From Ginglymostoma cirratum (Eukaryota), in contig JAHRHZ010000002.1 of NCBI GenBank assembly GCA_024137785.1, positions 15,723,787 through 15,761,425 on the forward strand: a DNA stretch of 37,639 bases. Direction: 5' to 3'. The translations under genes were made by a program, and so were the position numbers. Below are positions 1-11,895 of the stretch, piece by piece. Below the pieces are notes generated by a model. The model did no database searches. It worked only from the letters and a program-made list of their open reading frames with translations, and had not been told where the DNA came from. How positions within the stretch are numbered: position 1 is the first letter of the stretch; every line of letters begins with the position of its first letter.

Positions 1-547
1 GAACCCCATCCAATTCCCCCCCTCACACACAGACACTGAACCCCATCTCCAACTCTCCTTCTTTAAAGAAGTGGCCTTGATCTGTCTCACGTCTGATTAT
101 AACTTTCCAACAATCTTTATGCAATTAGTTTCCATTAGGTCATCTTGCTATTGATGGTTTCCGAATTCTTGTTTTCTGATGTTTAGTTTTGGCTTCTGTT
201 TGAATGACTGAGTCACCTCCAGCTGCACTGCATCCTTTTGGCAATGCAATATGACATAGTGGTAATGTTATTAGACTAAGGACTAAGAGAACACTTTAAT
301 GCTAAGGGATGAGAGTTCAAATCCCATGGAGCTGGTTGGTGGAATTTAAATTCAAATAATGAAGAATTTGGACTAAAAGGCTATTCTTGCTCCTGGTGAC
401 TACAGGATTCTCCAATTGCTGTAAAATCTTCCTCCTTAGAAAAGCTTTCTGCTGTCCTGCTTACAAATGACCCTCGACCCATAACAATGTGGAGACTCTT
501 AATCGTCCTCTGGAATGCCCCCAGCAAGACAGGTCCTTGTTTCTGTT

Positions 548-577
548 CTGAGGAAGGGTCACCAGACCCGAAACGTT
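548..577 (+). ncRNA. Minimal hammerhead ribozyme motif in a short PLE-type terminal repeat (about 540-650)
   Basis: CTGAGGA-A-[GGGTC acca GACCC]-GAAA-CGTT: conserved core boxes with a perfect 5-bp stem II. Confidence 0.65.
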
Positions 578-929
578 AACTCTGTTTCTTCTTTCACAGA
601 TGCTGCCAGACCTGCTAAGCTTTTCCAGCAACTTTGTTTTTGTTCCTGGTTTCAAACTGTTGTAGAAAAGGCAAACGCGAATAAAACCTTATCTAGCATC
701 AACCCGGGGACACAATGCATGCCCTGACCGGTCCCCCTACAAAGTCGTCCCCCACTAACATCTGACCTGTCCCAGACTCGTCAGTGACCATTCCTGTGGC
801 TATGTCCTATTCCACCAATAGAGTGGAGGTAGTGACACATTGCTACACAATAAGGTAGGTGGTCTCAGCGTTCACTCCTGATGCTGTGAAGTCTCTGTCC
901 CCATCCAGCACCTTCGGCTAATGAATCAC

Positions 930-1192
930 AGGGAGACGATAGTGTAGTGATCACACTACCCGACTAATAATCCAGAGACTACTGCACTGGGGATGTGGTG
1001 GACATAAGTTCAAATCCCACCAGGAAAGCTGCTGGCATTTACCTAATGAATAAAACATCCAGTGTTGAAACCTATTCTCGCTGATGGTGATTGTGAAACT
1101 ACCATGCATTGTTACAAAAATATCTGATTCATTAATGTCCTTCAGGGAAGGAAATCTGCCATCGTTACCTGGTCTGGCCTATATGTAACTCT
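930..1192 (+). mobile_element. tRNA-derived SINE, unnamed family (related copies about 250-520 +, 21250-21580 -, fragment 30975-31030 +)
   Basis: B-box gttcaaatccc and a shared body ttcagggaaggaaatctgcc...ttacctggtctggcct that recurs within the window. Confidence 0.7.
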
Positions 1193-2734
1193 ACTGCTAT
1201 CACTACCAAATCTGTGATGATCTATTCTGACAATCCTTGGAAGAATGACCAAATCTGTCACAGTGGTAACATGACAAATGAGGAATTCTTTGTCCTTGAG
1301 CGTAGGTGAATTGCTGTTGTCTTGGTGCCTTGACTCCCTGACGGTAGGTGGTGATGTAGACTGCCCTTTCTTCAAAGGCTCCTTCACTGATACCCAGGTT
1401 TCCACAGTCTTGCTGCCAACGTGCCCCTTGGGGTCAACTGTTGTAGCCAGACATCCAAAGGCACTTCAAGTCTTCAGATGTACTTTTCTTCAGAAATTGC
1501 TTTGTAAAATTGTTTTGACTTTTTTTCTCTCTCCTGCTACAAGTTATAGGGTGAAATATATTGCGAATAGTCACACAAAGGTGATACAATCTATGGTTTA
1601 ACACTTGAGCATGAATGTGTTATCTCGGTTATCACATTTTATCATTTAGGTCAACGTTCAACGGCTATCACTTCTGCTGGAACATAGTAAATAGGAAGAC
1701 TGTTTGAACCCTGCTCCGCCATTCAATATGATCGCATCTAATCATCCAACTCAGTCCCCTGTTTCCACTATCCATTATCTCTCCCATCTCTTTAGCCCTG
1801 AGATCTAACTCTAACTCATTATAGTCATACAGTCATCTTGCATGGAAACAGATGGTCCAACACATTCATGCCAACCAAGATTCCCAGACTAAATAGTCCT
1901 ATTTTCCTGTGTTTGGCCTATATCAGTCTAAACCAATGCTTTGGTCTCAGCTGCTTTCTGTGGTAGAGAATCCTATGAGGAGAAATGTCCTCATCCAGAG
2001 AGTGGGGAGCCTGTGGAATTCTCATAATTGGCCAATGACTGTTTGAGGTTACTTTTCCCGGCCCTCGTCTACTGGAACTGGGTGTCAAAGTCAGATCCTG
2101 TCCAACTTATCGAACCCAATGCAGCTGAGCTCTCTCACGCACAAGGAAAACTTCTGTCTTCCCCAGTGTCCTCCTCCTCCTCCCTGGAAGACTGTTCCTG
2201 TTCATCCACTTTCTCAACACATTGTCTCATTGCCAGCTCCAATTTTTCAGGGCACAACACACCAGGATATGATACGAATGGGGTACCTCTCAGGGATATA
2301 TCTATCTCCTTCTTTCTGGGTGAGGACATTTCTCCTCATGGAATCCTCTTCCACAGAAAGCAGCTGAAGCCAAAACATTGAATGTTTTCAAGAAGGAGAT
2401 AGAAAAGTAACCTCAAACAGTCATTGGTCATCGTGCCAATTATGGATTGTTTGTTAATCTTGCGGTTCGAACTGCGGCCTCTATTCATTTTGATTGTATT
2501 GGCTTCTGATGACTTGAAAGAAAAGCTCATCTTTGGAAATGTTCAAATGTTTGCCCATCTATTGCAGTCCTGCAATGGACAATCACAAAATGTTGGTGTG
2601 AAATGGGCATTAGGGAAAGGGTAGCAGTGACTCAGACAGGGTTGTTAGGAATGGGATGTGGCTAAGGACAGCTAAGCTGGTGATTAACCAGTGACCATAG
2701 CAAGGAAATGGTGGTTGCATGTACCAGGAAGTAT

Positions 2735-3116
2735 TGTTGGTCTTCCAGAGCAAGGAGTTGACCCCAACCGAATGTTGCAAACTTGCAGAGGTCTAGGACA
2801 GCATGCTGAGGGATGCACTAAAGCTTGGGGCAGCTGCCGCAGAGGTGCAGTGGGGAAAGACCACCGTCTGAGGTCTTCCTGTTGAAGGCAAATGGGGATC
2901 TGTTCAGTTATCGGACCCTCCCTGAGCGTCAGATGCATGAACATATAATCTTGTACAAGTAACAAATGCCTTTGGTTTGTTTGTTTGATAGAGTCCAACT
3001 CCAATGTTTGTTCTGTTTTCTTCATATGCTGTTGTTTAGAACCAAACTGCTTTCGCAAATGTGTATGTATAGATAACTTTTTATGAATAAAGTATATTTT
3101 TGAAATTAAAAAAAAA
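2735..3116 (+). mobile_element. 5'-truncated Tx1/L1-clade LINE 3' end with poly(A) and TSD
   Basis: Decayed ORF2 C-terminus LVFQSKELTPTECCKLA...LRDALKLGAAAAEVQWGKTTV-stop, AATAAA, A-tail, and flanking repeats gtaccaggaagtat (2721-2734) / gtaacaggaggtat (3117-3130), 12 of 14 identical. Clade assigned from memory. Confidence 0.75.
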
Positions 3117-4384
3117 GTAACAGGAGGTATCAGCCATGCTAGGTATGTGCTGTAGGTCATTACATTGCCAGGTTATGGTAACTCCAAATTGCCAATGTTT
3201 GGCCTGTCTTCACCAAGGTTTAAAGACAGTGATGAGTGTTGTCCCCAACCAGCTAAGGCGAGAGGGTAGAATGACGCCAGCATTGATCGAGAGGGGTGTT
3301 ATCTCTAAGGTTCCTGTTTAAACAAGTTACAGTACTCTGACCAGAGTGCTATGAATGAATTTGCCCAGGTGTCCCACAGTACTGGAGCGTTCAAATCAAT
3401 ATGAACACAAGCTGGTACCAGTGTAAAACCGTCCTGACTTTATTAAGGACAAAATTCTAACCATATTTGGCCCCTTAAGGTTACAATGCTTCCTGAGTCT
3501 CTTGTAGAATTACACAGTCACTGTCTGTGTGCCTCTGTCTCTGGGTCTGCGAAGTTGGTTTCTCCATCTCACTTTGTGTGTGGATGGTCAGCTGGTCTCT
3601 GCCTCTTGCAATGCTGATCTCCTCAGAAGGCCTCAGATGATTCAAGCCAAGTTCCAAGAAGTTCCAAGAGAGGTCTGCAGGTGAACCCGGTTTTTATACC
3701 TTTTAGATGGTTTTCTGAAACTTTCTATAGTTCAGGCCAATCAGGGAGATACACTTAATAGTTTGAAAGAGAGTAAATGATTTGGACGGCATGCTACTGT
3801 TTCTTGTGTAGCAGAGCCCAGTGCCTTTCTATCCGGACTCTCCATTGTTTAGTGGACAAGTTGTTGGGAGTGTGTCTATCCAGAAAAACAGCTGCCTTTT
3901 ACAATCTGCCCATGTCATTAGCACATGGCTGCTGTGTTTGCACTGTGTCTGGTGTGTAAGTTTTGTTATTTCAGAGTTTTGAGTATTTCAGAACCCATAC
4001 TATCAAGCATGGGCTGAGTTTCTGCACTGACTGAGGTCACTACAAAGGACTTTCCTTCTCAAGCTTGCCTCTTGCCTGAGATATGGTGGCCCTCAGGTTA
4101 AACCACGACCACTGATCTCTCTTTAATACAAGAGGGACCGCAGTGACTTTCACTTCCTATTTGTGAAAAAAGGAAAATGTATTATCCATAACCAAATCTG
4201 AAGTGGGGCCCAAAATGCATTAAACAGCTTTTGTTTTTAATAACTGTGATAATGTCCGAATGTTTTCACTGCTACTTCTCGATAAACCCTCTGATTGCAC
4301 TTTCCGGATATCAGCATTTGACATGTGGTCAAACTTAAGGTTCATAGCAAGAGGAAAAGTGAGGTTTCATCATAAATTGTTTCA

Positions 4385-7136
4385 GAGATAGTAGGAACTG
4401 CAGATGCTGGAGAATCTGAGATAACAAGGTATAGAGCTGAATGAACACAGCCGGCCAAGCAGCATCAGAGGAGCAGGATGGCTGACGCTCCACAGCCAGC
4501 AGCTCCAGAGGAGACAGCAACACTCAGCTCTGCCGAGTCTTCACCATCCCCCCAAGACCTCCCCCTTGCTGAGGACGAACGGTCAATCCTCAGTAAAGGG
4601 CTCACCTTTGTCCCCCTCCACCCACACATCAATGAATACCGGTCACATATGGACATTGAGCAGTTTTTCCACCGCCTCCGTCTCCACGCTTACTTCTTCA
4701 ACTGTAAGCCTAACCCTCCCTCTACTGACCCCTTCTCCCACCTCCAACACACCCCCTCCTCCTGGACACCACCCCAAGGCCTCCTACCCTCCCTTGACAT
4801 TTTCATCTCCAACTGCCGTCGAGACATCAATCACCTCAACCTCTCCACCCCTCTCAAACAGTCCAACCTCTCGCCTGCAGAACGTGCAGCTCTTCGCTCC
4901 CTCCGCTCCAATCCCAACCTCACCATAAAACTTGCCGACAAGGGAGGCGCAGTTGTAGTATGGCGCACTGACCTCTACATTGCCGAGGCCAGATGCCAAC
5001 TCTCCGACACCTCCTCCTACCACCCCCGGATCATGACCGCACTTCCGACAACCAAACCATTATCTCCCAAACCATCCACAACCTCATCACCTCAGGTGAC
5101 CCCCCACCCACAGCTTCCAACCTCATCGTTCCCCAACCCTGCACCGCCTGCTTCTATCTCCTTCCCAAAATCCACAAACCTGAATGCTCTGGTCAACCCA
5201 TTGTCTCCACCTGCTCCTGCCCCACTGAACTTATCTCCACCTATCTGGACTCCATTTTCTCCTCCTTAGTCCAGGTACTCCCTACCTACGTCCGTGACAC
5301 CACCCATGCCCTCCACCTCCTCCAGAAATTCCAATTCCCCGGTCTCCAACACCTCATCTTTACCATGGACATCCAGTCCCTATACACCTGCATTCCTCAT
5401 ACAGATGGCCGAAAGGCCCTCCGCTTCTTCCTGTCCTGCAGGCCCAACCAGTCCCCCTCCACTGACACCCTCATCCTCTTAGCCGAACTCATCCTCACCC
5501 TCAACAAATTCTCTTTCAATTCCTCCCACTTCCTACAGACAAAGGGGGTGGCCATGGGTACCCGCATGGGCCCAAGCTTTGTCTGCCTCTTTGTAGGTTA
5601 CATGGAACAATCCCTCTTCTGTAGCTACACTGGCCCTAAACCCCACCTCCTCCTCCGTCACATTGATGACTGTATCGGCGCTGCCTCGTGCTCCCACAAG
5701 GAGCTCGAACAGTTCATCCACTTCACCAAAACCTTCCACCCCAACCTTAAGTTCACCTGGACCATCTCTAATACCTCTCTCTCCTTCCTGGACCTCTCTG
5801 TCTCCATCTCCGGCAACCACCGAGAAACCGATTTCCATTTCAAGCCCACCGACTCCCGCAGCTACCTAGAATACACCTCCTCCCACCCACGTTCCTGCAA
5901 AAATGCCATCCCCTATTCCCAATTCCTTCGCCTCCGCCGCATCTGCTCCCAGGATGAGGCATTCCACTCCCGTACATCTCAGATGTCCTCGTTTCTCAAG
6001 GACCGCAATTTCCCGACCTCAGTGGTCGAGAACGCCCTCGACCATGTTTCCCACATTTCCTGCAACTCATCCCTCACACTAACTCCCCTCAATCACGACC
6101 AAAACAGAATCCCCTCGTCCTCACGTACCACCCCAACAACCTCCGGATCCAGCGCATCATCCTCCGACACTTCCGCCATCTGCAATCAACCCCACCACCA
6201 AAGACATTTTTCCCTCCCCACCCTTGTCTGCTTTCCGGAGGGACCACTCTCTCCGTGAATCCCTTGTCCGCTCCACACTCCCCTCCAGCCCCACCACACC
6301 CGGCACTTTTCCCTGCAACCACAGGAAGTGCTACACCTGCCCCCACACCTCCTCCCTCACCCCCATCCCAGGCCCCAAGAAGACTTACCACATCCAGATG
6401 TTCACCTGCACATCTGCCAATGTGGTATACTGCATCTGCTGTACCCATTGTGGCCTCCTCGACATCGGGGAAACCAGGCGGAGGCTTGGGGACCGCTTTG
6501 CACAACACCCACGTTTGGTTGCACTAAACAACTGCAATTCCCAGTCGCGAACCATTTCAACTCTCCCTCCCATTCCTCAGACGACATGTCCATCCTGGGC
6601 CTCCTGCAATGCCACAACGGTGCTACCCAAAGGTTGCAGGAACAGCAACTCATACTCAGCTTGGGAACCCTGCAGCCCAATGGTATCAATGTGGATTTCA
6701 CAAGCTTCAAAATCTCCCCTCCCCTTACCACATCCCAAAACCAGCTCAGCTCGTCTCCGCCTCCCTAACCTGCCCTTCCTCCCACCTATCCCCTCCTCCC
6801 ACCTAAAGCCCCACCCCCATCTCTGACCTACTAACCTCATCCCGCCCACTTGACTTATCCGTCCTCCCCGGGCTGACCTATCTCCTCCCTACCTCTCCAC
6901 CTGCACTCACCTTTACTGGCTCCATCCCCGCCTCTTTGACTTGTCTGCCTCCTCTCCACCTATCCTCTCCTCTATCCATCTTCTATCCGCCTCCCCCTCT
7001 CTCCCTATTTATTTCAGAACCCCCTTCCCCTCCCCTATTTCTGAAGAAGGGTCTAGGCCCGAAACATCAGCCTTCCTGCTCCTCTGATGCTGCTTGGCCT
7101 GCTGTGTTCATCCAGGTCCACACCTTGTTATCTCAG
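4385..7136 (+). mobile_element. Penelope-like retroelement (Neptune-type), near full length, frameshifted and probably inactive
   Basis: RT motifs (ADKGGAVVVW, FYLLPKIHK, TMDIQSLYT, GVAMGTRMGP, RHIDD for YIDD, FLDL), Cys linker PCNHRKCYTC and GIY-YIG region (VVYCI...DIGET...LGDRF). Several frameshifts. Inverted terminal segments at 4416-4487 and 7065-7136; flanking direct repeat aggtttcatcataa at 4362-4375 and 7135-7148. Confidence 0.93.
7041..7068 (+). ncRNA. Minimal hammerhead motif in the 3' end of PLE copy 1
   Basis: CTGAAGA-A-GGGTCTAGGCCC-GAAA-CATC; the CGTC of copy 2 reads CATC here (likely CpG decay). Confidence 0.6.
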
Positions 7137-7487
7137 GTTTCATCATAACATTGGTTAGCATCAACCGGCATGCAATTGTTTTAATTCACAAACGTTCTTT
7201 CATCTTTTACCCCAGCCAGAGTTTCATTCTAAAGTCTAGCCCACCCATGTCTTTTATTTGATTCATGTTATCAAACTTGATGTTTTAAGTCTCAAGTTCC
7301 CAATCACGAACTATCTTGCTTTGTTTCAAACTCAACCATACACAAGACTGAATATGCTTCAGATAGTCAACTCAAAAAGTTTATTTAACATTGGGCAGTC
7401 GAAATGTTACAAGTTAAGATGATAGGAGACTGAGTTCCAAGTAACCGTAAAAAAAAAGCTCAAGCTAACAACTGAACAGATTTTCAC

Positions 7488-7666
7488 CATTGGGAGGGCA
7501 GTAGAGGCAACAAACCTCACCAGCTTTAAAAAGTACTAGATGAGCACTTGAAATGTCATAACATTCGATACTATGGGCCAAGAGCTGGAAAGTTGGATTA
7601 GTGTAGATAGGTTGGTGCAGATCTGATGGGCCAAAAGGTCTCTCTGTGTTCTATGACTCTACGACT
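7488..7666 (+). mobile_element. CR1 LINE 3' end
   Basis: Typical tail ...gatgggccaaaaggtctctctgtgttctatgactctacgact. Confidence 0.75.
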
Positions 7667-7678
7667 TCCTCAGCTGAT

Positions 7679-7841
7679 CAAAATGAACCCATGTGTAATA
7701 TGATTCTCTCTCCCAGTGGATAACAAAACGAACCCATGTGTAATATGACTCTCTCTCNNNNNNNNNNTGATTCTTTCTCACAGTGGATAACAAAATGAAC
7801 CCATGTGTAATATGGTTCTCTCTCCCAGTGGATAACAAAAT
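7679..7841. repeat. 45-bp minisatellite (caaaatgaacccatgtgtaatatgattctctctcccagtggataa) spanning a 10-N gap
   Basis: Units start at 7679, 7724 and 7791, with slight variants. Confidence 0.9.
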
Positions 7842-8354
7842 GGCTGCCTCTAAACCTCCATTTTATATATTTTCCATTCCACACTTATATAAACAACTCT
7901 TGAGCAGTGGGCCTTGGTCCTTGGCTTCCTGGCACAGAGATAGGGACACTACTGTTGCATCACAAGTACCCTCCCGTCCTCCATTTTATAATTTTATTTT
8001 AAATTAACCTATTTTTCTAATCAATGTGTTCACAGATGCTATTACACACCTCCAGTGGCAGCTGGGACTTGAACCTGGGATTCCTGGCTCCGAGATAGGG
8101 ACACTACACTGCACCACAGGTGCCCTCCCTACCTCCATTTTATGCCTTACCTGGCATTTTTCTGACCTCAAATCAGCCTTTGGGTTAATTAGTTAACCCA
8201 ACTCCCTGTTTAATTTCAATTGGTTTCTGATACCGACAAACAGCTTCTCACCTCTATGAGTACTTTCCCTACACAGCAATTGATATTTTCCAATCAACCT
8301 GTTCAGAAATGTTATGATGAATCTCTGGAACCCAGGCCTCCTGGCTTAGAGGTA

Positions 8355-8726
8355 AGACCATAAGACCATAAGACATAGGAGTGGAAGTAAGGTCATTCGG
8401 CCCATCGAGTCCACTCCGCCATTTAATCATGGCTGATGGGTATTTCAACTCCACTTACCCGCACTCTCCCCGGAGCCCTTGATTCCTTGCGAGATCAAGA
8501 ATTTATCAATCTCTGCCTTGAAGACATTCAACGTCCCGGCCTCCACTGCGCTCCGTGGCTATGAATTCCACAGGCCCACCACTCTCTGGCTGAAGAAATG
8601 TCTCCTCATTTCCGTTCTAAATTGACCCCCTCTAATTCTAAGGCTGTGCCCACGGGTCCTAGTATCCCCACCTAACGGAAACAACTTCCCAGCGTCCACC
8701 CTTTCTAAGCCATGCATTTTCTTGTA
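8355..8726 (-). mobile_element. Young-looking CR1 LINE 3' end inserted in a SINE-like unit
   Basis: Terminal 8-nt repeat (taagacca)n, retained CpGs, possible aggta TSD. Confidence 0.85.
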
Positions 8727-9368
8727 GGTAGGAGTAGGAGTACTACCACTGTACTACCAGATCCTCCTAATGCAGTGCTATGTTGGCCGTATTCAGAATG
8801 TTTCCATCTGACATTTTTTATAATAACCTGAATAACAACTATTCTTTATCCTATTTCATGGGATGAAAGATGCTCATTCATGGTTTTGTTTTAATATCCC
8901 TTATCTCAAGCCTGGAAATCACCATTTTACAAAGAAGGAACCTACATTGTACATTTGTAAATTACTTACAAAACAATTATAGACTTTCTATTGACCCAAA
9001 ACTTACTCATAGTCATATTGGTTAATCATTTATTCTGCAATTGTCTTACAATCAAAGTTTATTGCTTTGTTCAATCAATCTTAGCTGTTTTCCAAATATG
9101 CAGCAACATTTTTTTAAAAAAATACTTTCTGTGTTAGTCCTAAAATGGCTTCTTCTGGCCATGTAATTGACACCTTTGAGCTTCAGGAGATTGTCAGCAA
9201 GGGACAGTATATAGATGACAAGGAGGGAGCAAGCAAAGATCATTAAAGAACATCGCAGAAAATGGTGCAGGAGGATTTGATTTATTGTCACATTTACCAA
9301 GTATAGTGAAAAACTTGCCATTGAAAGTGATTATGTTTCTACAATTTGAATGGAACCAGATGAATCAT

Positions 9369-9664
9369 CATAGAATCCCTACAGAGTGGCAACATGCCCT
9401 TCAGCCCAACTAGTCCACACCGACCCACAGAGCATTGCACCCAGATCCATCCCCCTATCAACCTACCTGATCTGCACATTCCTGAACACTATGGGAAATT
9501 TAGCACAGCCAATTCACCTAGCCTGCACATCTTTGGACTGTGGGAGGAAACCGGAGCAAACCCACGCAAACACGGGGAGAACGTGCAAACTCCACACAGA
9601 CAGTCACCTGAGGTCCCTGGAGTTGTGAGGCAGCAGTGCTAACCACTGAGTCACCATGCTGCCC
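9369..9664 (-). mobile_element. HE1-type V-SINE
   Basis: tRNA-like head (tggtgactcagtggttagcactgctgcctcac), V-domain core (ctgtgtggagtttgcacgttctccccgtg...ggtttcctcccacagtccaaagatgtgc) and CR1-like tail. Confidence 0.88.
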
Positions 9665-9894
9665 AGCTGAGAGCATCACCACCCAGCTGGACAACTGTGG
9701 ACAAAAGCGAGAGGGCAGGCTGTGGTCAATTATGTCAAAGGCTGTAGATAGACTGAGGAAGGCGAAGAGGAGACATGCCACAGTCACAGCAGACTTAGCA
9801 AGGAATAATTCCACAGACTGCCAAGGGACAGAGGTACCCAGGAATCCATGTGTATAGGTGTTTGAGTGTGGCACAACTTACTGACAAAATATTT

Positions 9895-10805
9895 CATAAA
9901 GTACATGGGATTCTTGGCTTTATAGAGGTAAGAGAACGGAGGTCATGCTTAACATTTACAAAGACCTGGATTGGCCACTGCTAGAGTTTTGTGTTCAGTT
10001 CTTGTCGCTACATGACACTGAAAGGTGTGAGGTGCCTCAGTGAGTGCAGAGGTGATTTATCGAAATCACAGACTTCTTACAGCATGAAAGAAGCTAGTTG
10101 ACATATCATGCATGTGCCAGATTCCCATTGAGCAGTTATTCAATGCCATTCCTCCCACCTTCTCCCCATAACCCAACGCCTTCTTCCTATTCAGATAACA
10201 TTCTAAGTCCCCTTGAAAGCTTAGACAGAACCTGCCTCCACCACACTCTCAGGCAGTGAATTCCAGACCCTATCTCTGTGTCAAAAAGATTTTCCTCATG
10301 TCACTTTGGCTTCTTTCGTGAATAGCTTTAAACCTGTGCCCTCTCATTCTTGATCCTTTCATGAGTGGGAGCAGTTTCTCCAGATTTACACTGTCCAAAC
10401 CCTCCTCTTTATTTTTGAATACCTCTATCAGTTCCGCTGTCTTCTCCAAGAGAAACACTTTCTCAAATTTAACTTTGGTCTTCAAAACTGAAGTTTGCCA
10501 TCCCTGGAACTTTTCCGCAATTTCTCCTGCACATCCTTCCTAAACTGTGGTGCCCAGAACCAGAGACAATGCTCCAGCTGAGGCCTAACAAGTGCTTTAT
10601 GCAAGTTCAACACAGACCTTTCACTCTGGTACCCTATGTTTCTATTAATAAAACCCAGGATGCTGTACGCTCTACTAACTGTGCTCCCAGCCTGTTCTGA
10701 CACCTTCAATTACCTATGCAACTAAACATGCTGGTCTCTCTGTTCCCCTTTAACGTTGTATGTCCATGTATTTCCTACCAAAATAAATCACACCACATTT
10801 CTCCT
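9895..10805. mobile_element. Two CR1 ORF2 C-terminal fragments in opposite orientation (about 9895-10062 +, 10065-10805 -)
   Basis: ILGFINRNIGYQSERSVLNLHKALVRPQLEHC...FWAP and RMRGHRFK...IFLTQR motifs. Confidence 0.85.
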
Positions 10806-10813
10806 GTGTCACT

Positions 10814-11008
10814 CATAGAATCCCTGCAGCATGGAAACAGTCCATTCAGCCCATTCACTCGACAGTGACCCTCCAAGGAGCATCTCACCCAGACCCATAC
10901 ACCCCTTACCCAATAAGCCTGCATTTCCCATGGCCAATCCACCTAACCTGTACACCTTTGGAAACCCACGCAGACACAGGCAGAATATGAAAACTCCACA
11001 CACACAGT
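10814..11008 (-). mobile_element. HE1-type V-SINE, partial
   Basis: V-core and tail similar to the 9369-9664 copy. Confidence 0.75.
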
Positions 11009-11662
11009 CATCAGCGTTAGTGTCCTTACCTCTGAATGCATAGACCCCTGAGTTCAAGCCCCACTTGCTTCCTAAGTGTGTAACCGCATCTCTGAGCAAA
11101 TTAATTCAAAACTGTCTCCGCTGCATCTGAGGCTGCTGCTGTAACGTGGTTTTCTTTTCTAGTCTTTGCGCAATTGTGGTTCTTACTTACTTCGCCTTTA
11201 CGGGCAAGTATCGCTGTAACCTTTAACCCCTTGGGGGGCTGAAGAATTGGAGAAAAGGAGGATGGTGGGAGGATAGCTGCAGAGTAAAAACTGCCCCATT
11301 GGTGAGGGGACCCAATCTCCATGTTTTGCAAGAGGAGGTTGGGAAGGAGAAGATGGTTTGTATTTTTTTGGACAGTAAGTGCTAATAGTAACCCGCAGAT
11401 TTTGGGAGGAATGCGGAAGTGGACACCATGAAATGATTTCAGAAGAATACCTTGGGGAGTGGGGGGAGGGTGTGAGAGGGTTTTTTTTTAGGAATTGACC
11501 AGCCTCAAACAGAGTGAGGCAATGGGTTGGAATGGATTCTTCAGCAGGGGCGAGGATCGGGCAGTTTAGCCTGAGATGATTATTTTTGAATCCGGGTTGA
11601 GCTTTACACTCCGCCCACTTTCTCTGTGTCTGACCGAGGCGGAGAAAAAAGGCCAGCGGTGC

Positions 11663-11766
11663 CTCCGGATCGCTATCCCCACGCCGCCCCCAGCTAAGCG
11701 CTGTCTCCGNNNNNNNNNNATCCCCACGCCGCCCCCAGCTAAGCGCTGTCTCCGGATCGCTATCCC
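11663..11766. repeat. 42-bp tandem repeat (ctccggatcgctatccccacgccgcccccagctaagcgctgt) across a 10-N gap
   Basis: Identical units on both sides of the gap at 11710-11719; copy number unknown, and it could be a contig-overlap artefact. Confidence 0.6.
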
Positions 11767-11834
11767 GTCCCCTACTTCTCAGCCCAGCCCAGGCGCCTCG
11801 GTTTTATTTCTCGCAGAGTGCAGGGAGGCTGCGG

Positions 11835-11895
11835 ATGGATCCCCGATCCCTTCTGGTGTTGCTGCTCGCTCTCCTCCGGGCGATCGCTGCAGGAG
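11835..11895 (+). CDS. Exon 1: signal peptide [20 protein letters not shown]
   Basis: ATG in good context (gcggATGG) within a CpG-rich region; Leu-rich core ending in small residues (AIAAG); phase-1 donor G|gtgagg, typical of Ig-superfamily leader exons. Confidence 0.9.

Noticed and set aside
3326-3960. Possible solo LTR (reverse poly(A) signal, TATA-like and CCAAT motifs)
   Set aside because: No defensible termini or TSD found.
4993-6258. 421-aa RT ORF as an active enzyme, retron or domesticated gene
   Set aside because: It is one frame of a frameshifted Penelope-like element; the motifs read HIDD and DIG instead of YIDD and YIG.
7679-7841. Regularly spaced repeats as a CRISPR array
   Set aside because: Contiguous 45-bp units with no unique spacers, no cas genes, and vertebrate context.
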